Made by a program: the position numbers and the translations under genes. The notes beneath the pieces were generated by a model that searched no databases, was not told the DNA's origin, and saw nothing but the letters and a program-made list of their open reading frames with translations. Positions 9,517-17,878 of a DNA stretch of 51,115 nucleotides are shown piece after piece. The DNA comes from Bacillota bacterium (GTDB lineage: Bacteria > Bacillota_I > Bacilli_A > RFN20 > CAG-826). Location of the stretch: NCBI GenBank assembly GCA_030831415.1, contig JAURLC010000061.1, forward strand, positions 1 through 51,115, written 5' to 3'. Every line of letters starts with the position of its first letter. Position 1 is the stretch's first letter.

Positions 9517-11151
9517 TTAACCGGGTTCACGACCTCCTTTCAAAAAAACATGTATCGATTGATAACGTAAGGCGCGAATTGCTTCTGCCTCCTTACCTTT
9601 TATCATGGAGTTGGGTAGCGAGACGACGTGATGGTCATGTTTCAATTCATAATGATTTACAACAACCGATGCATCGTAGGTTGGTAACGTGCCTTCATAA
9701 TGTAGTACGACTTCGACAGAGCCAAATAAGGTTGTTGAAACTCGTCCATTTTTGAAATACGATGCCGGTATTTTGGGTTGAATCGAAAACTGCAGTTCAT
9801 CGTCGACCATCGAAAATAACGATGAACCAAAAAACATTAACTTCCATAACGATAACACTTCCGCTGTTGATCCAGATAATCGTGCAAAAAATCCTTGCCC
9901 GTGTTTACTTGGATCTGGATTATTCGATGTGGCGATAAAAGAAGAATTTTCTAGAGGGGAACGTCCATAGACTTCTGGATCCATAAAGCATGTCATCCCT
10001 TTAGCGATATCTCGGTAAAATTCATCGTATAATTCAGATTTAAATAAACCGAGGAAAAATTTATAGCTCATATGGAGGAAGTCCGATTCGCGTTCTAACC
10101 ACCCAGGTGTAAAGGCGCGAATGCGTCCTAGTTCCATCGACATATTTTCTAATGATTCACTTGTCTTGTATAAACCAAGCGGTGCATCAAAAATACCCGA
10201 TGACCGAATCGCTTGAACGAGTTGACGGCCATAAGTAACGTCCTTATTTAGTGAAGATAAATAACGCGTAGGACCTTCAAGGAAATGCGGTAATGCCATC
10301 CGTTTAAATTCCGTCACTTTAACTGTGGGTTGTCCATGATCCACGGTGTGTGTTAACGGTTCATAAGCGGTTGCTTCGTACATAAAGTATGTAGGAATAA
10401 TGTCCTCTGAAGTTTTAATCCTTTCAACAGCTTTCGTTAATTGTTGTTGAAGATGACGGAGAACTTCCTCAATCACAGATTTAGAAACGGTTGTGGTTTG
10501 AAGTGAATGTGTTAGCTTATCACGGTACACTTCAAGTGCACTCATGCGTTGGTTCCATGCGTCCATACCGTTTAAGTCTTTAATGTGTGTAAGAGCGTTC
10601 ATTAAATCAAGTAAGGGTAATAACGTAGGGACTTGATCAGGTAATGGGATCGTTGTTAATAAGGAAACGAGTCGTGTTAATTCAAACAATTCACTTACTC
10701 CCGAACCGAATAAACCTGGCAAACCATTCATGGCGTCATTCCAACCAGGTCGTTCACCCTCGTACATTAGCCCCATTGCATCAGGGTCAAGATGAGCAAA
10801 CTTGTTTACGACCAATGTAAGCAGTTTAGTGAAAAGAGGATGTTCGATGCGTTGTTGTTTTTCATCTTTTAGCCATCCTCTTACTGGAGCGTGGTGGTCA
10901 TGAAAAGCAGCATAATGTTGTCGAACTTTTCCATTTTTTAGAACGTATTTATCCGCTCGAGGACGAACACGTGCTGGAGAAACAAAATAAGGAAGTTTGG
11001 TTTCAAACATGACGTGGTGAAGCTTATCGGGATAAACATCCAAGTACGCTTGAATTTGATCATAATGATACGTAAAGTGATCTTCCCAGTAACCTTCGCC
11101 GTAGGTTGCTTTAAATTCATAGGTTGAATCTTTCAATACGGCTTGTACCAT
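9517..11151 (-). CDS. C-terminal 544-aa portion of a large cytoplasmic GH94-clan-like (alpha/alpha)6 glycoside phosphorylase/hydrolase, in frame with the upstream ORF across one TGA
   Basis: No signal peptide. The motif ERPGWNDAMNGLPG resembles, from memory, the (G)DWND(G/C)(M/L)N catalytic-loop motif of GH94-type phosphorylases. It lies in the same reading frame as 11170..12558, separated by a single TGA and 6 sense codons. Confidence 0.5.
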   Translation of the reverse strand: MVQAVLKDSTYEFKATYGEGYWEDHFTYHYDQIQAYLDVYPDKLHHVMFETKLPYFVSPARVRPRADKYVLKNGKVRQHYAAFHDHHAPVRGWLKDEKQQRIEHPLFTKLLTLVVNKFAHLDPDAMGLMYEGERPGWNDAMNGLPGLFGSGVSELFELTRLVSLLTTIPLPDQVPTLLPLLDLMNALTHIKDLNGMDAWNQRMSALEVYRDKLTHSLQTTTVSKSVIEEVLRHLQQQLTKAVERIKTSEDIIPTYFMYEATAYEPLTHTVDHGQPTVKVTEFKRMALPHFLEGPTRYLSSLNKDVTYGRQLVQAIRSSGIFDAPLGLYKTSESLENMSMELGRIRAFTPGWLERESDFLHMSYKFFLGLFKSELYDEFYRDIAKGMTCFMDPEVYGRSPLENSSFIATSNNPDPSKHGQGFFARLSGSTAEVLSLWKLMFFGSSLFSMVDDELQFSIQPKIPASYFKNGRVSTTLFGSVEVVLHYEGTLPTYDASVVVNHYELKHDHHVVSLPNSMIKGKEAEAIRALRYQSIHVFLKGGREPG

Positions 11152-11169
11152 CGCAATTGGGTCATCCCC

Positions 11170-12558
11170 TCATCGGTCAGCCAACGTAGCGATTTCACCT
11201 GGCGAGAAATCTTTTGCGAGTAATGAGTGATATTCTTTATGGAAGGAAGATGCTTCTCCTTCAAAAGTAAAGCTTAACCCTTCAATACTAAGCGGATTAT
11301 ATCCGTCAGCTTGAATAAACGACCCAAATTGACGTATGGAAAAGTCTCCCATTTTGGGTTGTATATAAATATCGTTTCTTCGATTTTGAAGCACATCTCG
11401 AAAGGCCCCATTGCCTTGTGAAAAATAAGTTGGTTCTAAAGAAAAGAAATTGTAATCTCGTTCTAAATCCCCGTGCTTACGAGAATACACATGATAAGCA
11501 ACCGGACCGAGTTTGGTGTCAAACATCAAAGGAAAACCACCACGTAAAACGTTATCAAGGAAACATTGTTCAACATAGGCATCAAACATGTCTTGTGACG
11601 TTTCGGTATGCACATTTGCAACCAGATTGGAGATAATTTGTTGATTATGTTTAAATTTATGATCTAAGATCTCAAGATTGACAGTTTTACGGAAAGTTTC
11701 AATAATGGTTTTATCTTTTCCGTATCCGAATACGCCATAAAATGAAAGTTTATCCGTTAGTGTAAACGTTCCGTGAGCAAATGCTGAAGGCACTTGGTTC
11801 ACCGCCGCTTGAGTTGTTGAACGTAATTCCCCAGCATCTTTTTCAATAAAACCATAAGGTGTTCTAAAAGATGTATCGCGACGATAAATCAATTTGTAAT
11901 CATACACATAATGAATATCGGAAAGGCCTTCGTAAAAATAAAAATTTCCATCTTGTATGTCACTGACTTCACTGGAATCGGTGGTTGAGGCACGTAATTT
12001 TAGAAAAATTCCTCGATCAAAGGAATCTACTTGCATCCACGATTGCAATAAGTTACTAACCGCTTTATAACCACCATGATCAATACCCGAGGGAAGCATC
12101 TGATTTAATCCATCAAGAACTTCGATTTTTTTTGGATGTGCATCAAGATTTTTAAAGGTTACTCGTCTTACTAGTGCTGAAACACTCGCTTCAGGTAAAG
12201 TGAAATACGTGATAGTAACTTGGACGCCAGCGTCTTTTAACTCTTCAGAAATAGTAATTTGATGCGCTTCAACATCGAGGATTTGGTGGTCGTTTGATTC
12301 TTTAAAACATTCATAAAACTTTCCATTTACTTTAATAAAGGTGCGGAACCCATTAATTCCTACGTAAGCATAAGATTGGTTTGCAGGATAAAACTCCATG
12401 ATTGCGCCATTTTTATCACGAACTCCAAATGAAGCAATCGCTTGACCGCGATTGACATAAAAGGACCACATTGGAATACCAAGTGTGCCACTAATGCCTG
12501 GAAGAAAACCAGCAAATGTTTTTTGTTTTTGATAAGAAAATGATGTAAATTTTTTCAT
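11170..12558 (-). CDS. N-terminal 462-aa portion of the same GH94-clan-like enzyme (beta-sandwich/linker region)
   Basis: First gene after the promoter/cre region. No signal peptide (MKKFTSFSYQKQKTFAGFLPGISG...). It ends ...GCT GAC CGA TGA at 11172..11170. There is no recognisable SD upstream of its ATG. Confidence 0.5.
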   Translation of the reverse strand: MKKFTSFSYQKQKTFAGFLPGISGTLGIPMWSFYVNRGQAIASFGVRDKNGAIMEFYPANQSYAYVGINGFRTFIKVNGKFYECFKESNDHQILDVEAHQITISEELKDAGVQVTITYFTLPEASVSALVRRVTFKNLDAHPKKIEVLDGLNQMLPSGIDHGGYKAVSNLLQSWMQVDSFDRGIFLKLRASTTDSSEVSDIQDGNFYFYEGLSDIHYVYDYKLIYRRDTSFRTPYGFIEKDAGELRSTTQAAVNQVPSAFAHGTFTLTDKLSFYGVFGYGKDKTIIETFRKTVNLEILDHKFKHNQQIISNLVANVHTETSQDMFDAYVEQCFLDNVLRGGFPLMFDTKLGPVAYHVYSRKHGDLERDYNFFSLEPTYFSQGNGAFRDVLQNRRNDIYIQPKMGDFSIRQFGSFIQADGYNPLSIEGLSFTFEGEASSFHKEYHSLLAKDFSPGEIATLADR

Positions 12559-12602
12559 AATGGTTTTGTTAAAATACCGAATTTAGGAAATCGGTTTCTT
12601 AT

Positions 12603-12631
12603 ATCATAATATAGTTTGTAATCGCTTACAA
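12603..12631 (-). promoter_or_regulatory. Putative sigma-A-type promoter of the glycan operon (TTGTAA-17 nt-TATGAT on the minus strand)
   Basis: Plus-strand ttacaa at 12626..12631 is the -35 TTGTAA. Plus-strand atcata at 12603..12608 is the -10 TATGAT. The spacer is 17 nt, and the promoter lies about 45 nt upstream of ATG 12558. Confidence 0.45.
12617..12630. promoter_or_regulatory. Catabolite-responsive element (cre, CcpA operator)
   Basis: TGTAATCGCTTACA matches every specified position of the cre consensus TGWAANCGNTNWCA. It is near-palindromic and overlaps the putative -35 and spacer. Confidence 0.6.
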
Positions 12632-12679
12632 TACGTAGGTGACAAAAGATTGTAAAAACTTTTATTTGTGTTGTTTTAA

Positions 12680-12708
12680 TTGTGAATCTAGCACGAATTT
12701 GATAGAGT
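12680..12708 (+). promoter_or_regulatory. Putative promoter of tRNA-Ala (TTGTGA-17 nt-TAGAGT with TG extension)
   Basis: ttgtga at 12680..12685, a 17-nt spacer ending in tGa, and tagagt at 12703..12708. The -10 lies 12 nt upstream of the mature tRNA 5' end. Confidence 0.45.
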
Positions 12709-12720
12709 TATGTATGGTTT

Positions 12721-12796
12721 GGGGCTGTAGCTCATTTGGTAGAGCGCATCGTTCGCAACGATGAGGTAGCGAGTTCGATCCTCGTCAGCTCCACCA
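12721..12796 (+). tRNA. tRNA-Ala (anticodon CGC), CCA encoded
   Basis: Manual cloverleaf: acceptor GGGGCTG/CAGCTCC with the G3:U70 alanine identity pair, D arm GCTC...GAGC, anticodon stem CATCG/CGATG with loop TTCGCAA (CGC), T arm GCGAG-TTCGATC-CTCGT, 3' ACCA. Confidence 0.9.
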
Positions 12797-12801
12797 ATCA
12801 T

Positions 12802-12839
12802 AAAAAAACTTCCTAAAAATTAGGAAGTTTTCTTTTTTT
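12802..12839. terminator. Bidirectional rho-independent terminator (tRNA-Ala on +, metalloprotease gene on -)
   Basis: 12-bp stem, aaaacttcctaa (12805..12816) paired with ttaggaagtttt (12820..12831). It is flanked by an A-run upstream and cttttttt downstream. Confidence 0.75.
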
Positions 12840-12856
12840 AATACAGACGAATCAAA

Positions 12857-14977
12857 CTAGAACGAGAATCGTGTGAAGGTAATGGTTGCCCCTTCGCTGG
12901 TAATGTTATCGATGCGAATTTCAAAACCGATTTCCGAACCGTCATTGAATTGACCAAAGATTGGGAAACTTGAGAAATGCTTGAGTGGCGTAAACGTACC
13001 ACCTTCGACAAATAACGTATCATTGCTTGCATCGAATCCATCACGGAACGTATTCACACCATCACTTTCAAGTAAGTGGATGAGTTTCATGTATTGAGCT
13101 TCAGGCGTTCCTCGCGTTCCATCTAATCGGTGACGACTCACAGAGTTTGAGTTGGTAATCATATAGTATTCATACGCCGTTCCTGCTTCAAAGTCCTCTT
13201 CTTCAACTCTTACAACTTCATCTGAAAATCCGACAAAATCACTCGTTACTGAACTATATGCTCCAATACGTGAATCAACGTGATAGATTTTAATTCCAGG
13301 AACTGTAAACCCTTGTAATCCATTACCAGGGTAAGGGGTTAACGAATGTTTTTCATTGAGTCCTGTGGGTGTGTAAAATTCTAAAATTAAATACTCATCA
13401 TAAGGGGAATCATTGAAGCCGTTATTAATAATAATGGCATCGCCTGAAGACTCAAAGGGTTCAATGGTTAATGTCGTTTCTTGTTTAGTGTTATCAATGA
13501 CATAAGGTTCAATCCATTCAAGCAAGAATTTGGAATAAGCATTATGGTCAAGAACATTATTATCCATCATATCTAATGCGCCAGCTGGACCCCAATCGCC
13601 ATTCAAACCATCGTATGTATAGTAGTCTTGTAAACCAAGAATGTGACCCATTTCATGGATAAAGGTGTGAGGATCAACTGTTCCTGTGCCATATCCTTCA
13701 TACATGAAGTCATGACTTGCAAAGAAGAACGTGAAAGGAATGGGATAGTCTGCTTCATCTTCGCTTTCAAAATCCAACATATTATAGTTCCAGTAGCAAT
13801 AAGCCCAGAATGTATCTTCAACATCATCCGGATAATTACCATTAGGGTAGGATGGAGCATTATAAATCATAATAAGTGCATCAATCCAACCATCATCATT
13901 TTGATCAAATTCTTCTAGAGGAAGCGGAAAGTCTTCTTGATTTACTTCTCGTTGTTCGCGATACCAGGCCGTGATATCTTCGGTTAATCCCCAGGTTGGA
14001 TTATAGTAGGATTGTAAAGAAGGATCGATCATTGGACGTGTTTCACGTGCCCAATCAACAGCGGTTTTTCCAACTTGGAATTCAGGGGTGACAACACCAC
14101 CGATGTTCAATCGACCATAGCTTGATTTTTCATAATAGGAGGCAACCGATTCATATTCCATTTCTTCAGATTCACCAAAGAAACTTTGTTCCAATTTGTC
14201 TCGACGGGCATCACATTGATCTTGAGCACCGCAGTTAAAGTCTAAGAAGTTGACGGGAACGATTAACATATTAACATTTCCAACGTGTGGCATTGCACCT
14301 CCGTCGAGTGCAGAACCCGTCATCCATTTAAAATCATCGCGGGTAATAGAAGGTGATTCCAATTTATAGAAACCATCCCCTGTGTCCGGTAAAACTTCGC
14401 CACCGCCTGTACTAATCGTTTCAGGGAATTCAAAGGTGGAAGAAATCGTTAATACAATTGATTTAATCATCAAGGTATACAAGCCATTTTTGAATCGGAA
14501 ATGGTTGGCATTTAAACCAGAAAAGTCATATTCATACACTAAGGCAGCCGTTTGGGTAAAAGGGACTTTATATTCTTCAAGTTCTGGTCCCACAATATCT
14601 TGAGCAGCAAACATTTCAAAGTTCTTTTGTGTTTTGTTTTTTGCCAAGGTAACAGTGACTTTTTCAATGTTTTCAATCGCGTCAACATTGTACATATAGA
14701 AGGATGCCGAGTTTCCATTGATGGCTTCGGTAATACTCCCATCGGCTTCATCACTTGCGCCAAAGTAACGGAATTGTAAATTATTAAAAAATGCTCGGGT
14801 TGGAACGTAGGGATCATAGGTTAACAAAGGCCACGTATCACGAGAAATTTCGAGTTGTTTTTCAGTAGGCACTTCTGAAGATACTTGTGAGGAGCCATCT
14901 TCACTTGTTGTCCCAGTTGTACACGCGGTTAAAACGGATACGCCGAGTAATGCTAAAAAGATCAATGATTTGTTCAT
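12857..14977 (-). CDS. M6 (immune inhibitor A-like) zinc metalloprotease lipoprotein with an extra N-terminal domain
   Basis: Lipobox LTAC|TTG. Zinc motif FIHEMGHILGLQDYY (HExxH). M6-domain-like stretch NMLIVPVNFLDF...SVASYYEKSSYGRLNIGG. I prefer ATG 14977 (MNKSLIF...), preceded by GGAGGA, over the track GTG at 14989. Confidence 0.75.
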   Translation of the reverse strand: MNKSLIFLALLGVSVLTACTTGTTSEDGSSQVSSEVPTEKQLEISRDTWPLLTYDPYVPTRAFFNNLQFRYFGASDEADGSITEAINGNSASFYMYNVDAIENIEKVTVTLAKNKTQKNFEMFAAQDIVGPELEEYKVPFTQTAALVYEYDFSGLNANHFRFKNGLYTLMIKSIVLTISSTFEFPETISTGGGEVLPDTGDGFYKLESPSITRDDFKWMTGSALDGGAMPHVGNVNMLIVPVNFLDFNCGAQDQCDARRDKLEQSFFGESEEMEYESVASYYEKSSYGRLNIGGVVTPEFQVGKTAVDWARETRPMIDPSLQSYYNPTWGLTEDITAWYREQREVNQEDFPLPLEEFDQNDDGWIDALIMIYNAPSYPNGNYPDDVEDTFWAYCYWNYNMLDFESEDEADYPIPFTFFFASHDFMYEGYGTGTVDPHTFIHEMGHILGLQDYYTYDGLNGDWGPAGALDMMDNNVLDHNAYSKFLLEWIEPYVIDNTKQETTLTIEPFESSGDAIIINNGFNDSPYDEYLILEFYTPTGLNEKHSLTPYPGNGLQGFTVPGIKIYHVDSRIGAYSSVTSDFVGFSDEVVRVEEEDFEAGTAYEYYMITNSNSVSRHRLDGTRGTPEAQYMKLIHLLESDGVNTFRDGFDASNDTLFVEGGTFTPLKHFSSFPIFGQFNDGSEIGFEIRIDNITSEGATITFTRFSF

Positions 14978-15076
14978 ATCGTCCTCCACTAATTTTCATA
15001 ATTTTACTATAAGAAAATACATTTTAAAACCATAAAGATTTATTTTGTATATCATAGTTACATTAGGATTTATCAT

Positions 15077-16171
15077 ATGCCAAAAATACCCCTTCATGAT
15101 TTACATTTAAAATACGGTGCCAAAATGGTTTTTTATGGTGGTTTTACCGTACCCCAAGAATTTATTGGGTTAGTAAAAGAACACCAAGTTGTTCGAGAAC
15201 ATGCCGGTTTATTCGATGTTTCTCATATGGGACGAGTCATAATTCGTGGAAAAGATGCCTATCCATTTGTTGAAAAGCTCATCACCAACCACGTGCCATC
15301 CTACCTTGAACGAAAAGCGGTCTATGGACTTTTACTCAATGAGCAAGGGTATCCACTCGATGATTTGATTGCTTATCCTTTAACAAAAAACTCTATTCTA
15401 TTAGTCATTAACGCTATTAATGCAGTGATTGATCTTGAGTGGATGAAACGCATCCAACAACAAGAATCCTTTCAGGTAGATATTGAAGTCGTCACATTAT
15501 CCATGGGTCAATTTGCCTTACAAGGTCCCCTTTCTGAAGTTGCATTACAATCGGTTATCACCAAAAAAGTAGAATTGTCCGAATTAAGGTTTATGAAATT
15601 TGTGGAGACTAAACATCAAGGTCATTGGCTCATGATTTCACGTTCAGGATATACCGGTAGTGATGGTTTTGAAATCTATGCAGATGTTGACACGCTACGT
15701 AATCTTTGGAATGCGTTAGTACTCTTTCCAGAGGTAAAACCTTGTGGTCTTGGGGCTCGAGATACGTTACGTTTTGAAGCGGCACTGCCCTTATACTCCC
15801 ACGAATTATCGGATTCGATTTCTCCCCTTGAAACGGGTGTAACCTTTGCGATTAAATGGGATAAGGATTTTATTGGAAAAACTATTCTAGAATCCAAGAA
15901 AAACGAACCCTTAAAACGCAAACTAGTTGGCATCGAACTTCTTGATCGAGGGGTTGTCCGTGCAGAATATCCTGTTTTAAAAGATGACAAAATTATTGGC
16001 CACATTACAACAGGGTATTTGCTACCTGGACATCCAAAAGGTTTGGCGATGGCATTGTTGGATGCACCTCATTTTGAGATGGGGACAACCGTCACCGTTA
16101 TGATGAGAATGACCCCCTTGAAAGCAGTGGTTCGTGATATGATATTTATGACCAAACAGTACAAACGATAA
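15077..16171 (+). CDS. gcvT: Glycine cleavage system aminomethyltransferase (T protein)
   Basis: 364 aa. Typical N-terminus LHDLHLKYGAKMVFYGGF...VREHAGLFDVSHMG. First gene of a gcv cluster. Confidence 0.95.
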   Translation: MPKIPLHDLHLKYGAKMVFYGGFTVPQEFIGLVKEHQVVREHAGLFDVSHMGRVIIRGKDAYPFVEKLITNHVPSYLERKAVYGLLLNEQGYPLDDLIAYPLTKNSILLVINAINAVIDLEWMKRIQQQESFQVDIEVVTLSMGQFALQGPLSEVALQSVITKKVELSELRFMKFVETKHQGHWLMISRSGYTGSDGFEIYADVDTLRNLWNALVLFPEVKPCGLGARDTLRFEAALPLYSHELSDSISPLETGVTFAIKWDKDFIGKTILESKKNEPLKRKLVGIELLDRGVVRAEYPVLKDDKIIGHITTGYLLPGHPKGLAMALLDAPHFEMGTTVTVMMRMTPLKAVVRDMIFMTKQYKR

Positions 16172-16183
16172 GGAGTATGACAT

Positions 16184-16549
16184 ATGTCTGATAAACGCTA
16201 TTCCCCATCTCATGAATGGGCCATCATCGATCAAGGTATTGCCACGATTGGTATTACAGAATTCGCTCAATCAAGCTTAGGTACGATTGTCTTTGTGGAT
16301 TTACCTAACCCTGGCAAATCATTTAACGAAAACGACATTTTCGGTGTCGTTGAATCCGTGAAATCCGCTTCGGATTTGTACATTCCATTGTCTGGTGAAG
16401 TCGTTGAAATTAACGAAACTCTTGTATCGAACCCAGAACTTATTAATGAAAATGCTGAAGAAAATTGGTTAATTAAAATCAAAGTCACAAATAATGAAGA
16501 ATTTGCTAAACTATTGAGCAAGGAAGACTATGACGCACTAGCGAAATAG
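16184..16549 (+). CDS. gcvH: Glycine cleavage system H protein (lipoyl carrier)
   Basis: 121 aa with the lipoyl-lysine motif VESVKSASDLY. SD AAGGAG lies upstream. Confidence 0.95.
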   Translation: MSDKRYSPSHEWAIIDQGIATIGITEFAQSSLGTIVFVDLPNPGKSFNENDIFGVVESVKSASDLYIPLSGEVVEINETLVSNPELINENAEENWLIKIKVTNNEEFAKLLSKEDYDALAK

Positions 16550-16558
16550 TAAAAAATT

Positions 16559-17878
16559 ATGTTCAAGTACTTGCCCCTCACCGAGCAAAATCGTCATGAC
16601 ATGTTAAAAGTCATCAATGCCAAAAGCGTCGATGACTTATTATTAGATGTGCCTTCTTCTTTACGTCTGCAAAAGCCTTATCAACTTCTTTCACGACTCT
16701 CTGAACATCAACTTCGCAAATATTTAAAATCACATCAAGGACAAATTCTTGATTCATTTCGCGGTTTTGGTGCCTACGAACACGAACGACCTGCCATTGT
16801 GGATACGCTTAGTTCACGTCAAGAATTTTTAACCTCTTACACGCCCTATCAGCCCGAAGTAGCCCAAGGTACACTACAGTACATTTTTGAATGGCAATCG
16901 ATGATCTGTGAATTAACTGGCATGGATGTTTCTAACGCTTCTGTTTATGATGGTCCAACCGCGTTAGCTGAAGCCATGATGATGGCCGTTGCGATTACTT
17001 CTATTCGTCGAGTCATTGTTGCCTCACGTTTACTCCCTAATGTTGAAAAAGTCTTAAAAACGTACGCACATTATCGTAATATTCAACTGCAAATTCTCGA
17101 TGCAAAGCAAGGTCTTGTGAGTGAAACCTTATTACAATCTGCGATGGAAGATCCTTTTGCAGCAGTTATTTTTAGTTACCCTAATCGATTTGGATTAATT
17201 GAATATTTTGATCGATATAACGAAACAATTCATCAAAAAAAAGCACTCATTATCTCTTACAATGATCCCTTTGCGCTTTCACGATTAAAAACACCTGCAT
17301 CATTAGGTGCAGACATTGTGTGCGGTGAAGCTCAATCGTTAGGCTTGCCGTTATCGTTTGGTGGTCCCTACTTAGGTTATCTCACTACAAAAAATGAATA
17401 TGTTCGAAAAATGCCTGGTCGAATTTGTGGTTACACAAAGGATAGTAAGGGTGAACGTGGATTTGTCTTAACTTTGCAAGCTCGTGAACAACATATTCGG
17501 CGAGAAAAAGCAAATTCTAATATTTGCTCAAATCAATCCTTACTTGCTTTGCAAGCGACGATTTATTGTGCATCAATGGGCAAACAAGGACTTGTTCAAG
17601 CGTTTGATCAAGCCACAAATGCCACCCACTATCTTGCGGAATCACTCATAAAAACAGGATTATTTACTCTAGCATTTCAAGCTCCGTATGCTTATGAGGT
17701 AACGCTTAGATGTTCAACGAACCCCTACAAGTTAGAAGAATCCTTAATCCACAAAGGTTATCTCTTTGGTCAAATTCTAGACGAACAACACGTTATTTTC
17801 TATGCTTCCGAAAGCAAGACAAAAGCAGACATTGATGCCTTTGTTTCAGCAATACTGAAGGTTCATTATGGCGTATAA
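16559..17878 (+). CDS. gcvPA: Glycine dehydrogenase (decarboxylating) subunit 1
   Basis: 439 aa. Typical YLPLTEQNRHDMLKVI... and SYTPYQPEVAQGTLQ motifs. No SD upstream (aaatagtaaaaaatt ATG). Confidence 0.95.
   Translation: MFKYLPLTEQNRHDMLKVINAKSVDDLLLDVPSSLRLQKPYQLLSRLSEHQLRKYLKSHQGQILDSFRGFGAYEHERPAIVDTLSSRQEFLTSYTPYQPEVAQGTLQYIFEWQSMICELTGMDVSNASVYDGPTALAEAMMMAVAITSIRRVIVASRLLPNVEKVLKTYAHYRNIQLQILDAKQGLVSETLLQSAMEDPFAAVIFSYPNRFGLIEYFDRYNETIHQKKALIISYNDPFALSRLKTPASLGADIVCGEAQSLGLPLSFGGPYLGYLTTKNEYVRKMPGRICGYTKDSKGERGFVLTLQAREQHIRREKANSNICSNQSLLALQATIYCASMGKQGLVQAFDQATNATHYLAESLIKTGLFTLAFQAPYAYEVTLRCSTNPYKLEESLIHKGYLFGQILDEQHVIFYASESKTKADIDAFVSAILKVHYGV

Noticed and set aside
11130-11172. 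Selenocysteine insertion at the in-frame TGA of the GH-like gene
   Set aside because: I see no convincing SECIS-type hairpin with an apical GGU-type loop in the ~40 nt downstream; only 3-bp stems are possible. No sel genes lie in the window, and glycoside-active enzymes are not known selenoproteins.
12770-12796. tRNA-Ala 3' end as an att site of an integrated island
   Set aside because: I could not find a second copy of the tRNA 3' segment, and there is no integrase nearby. It is kept only as a hypothesis needing a computational repeat search.
14978-15076. Glycine riboswitch upstream of gcvT
   Set aside because: The region is only 99 nt of AT-rich sequence. It lacks the conserved GGAGAG/CACCG cores and is too short for even a single aptamer plus expression platform.
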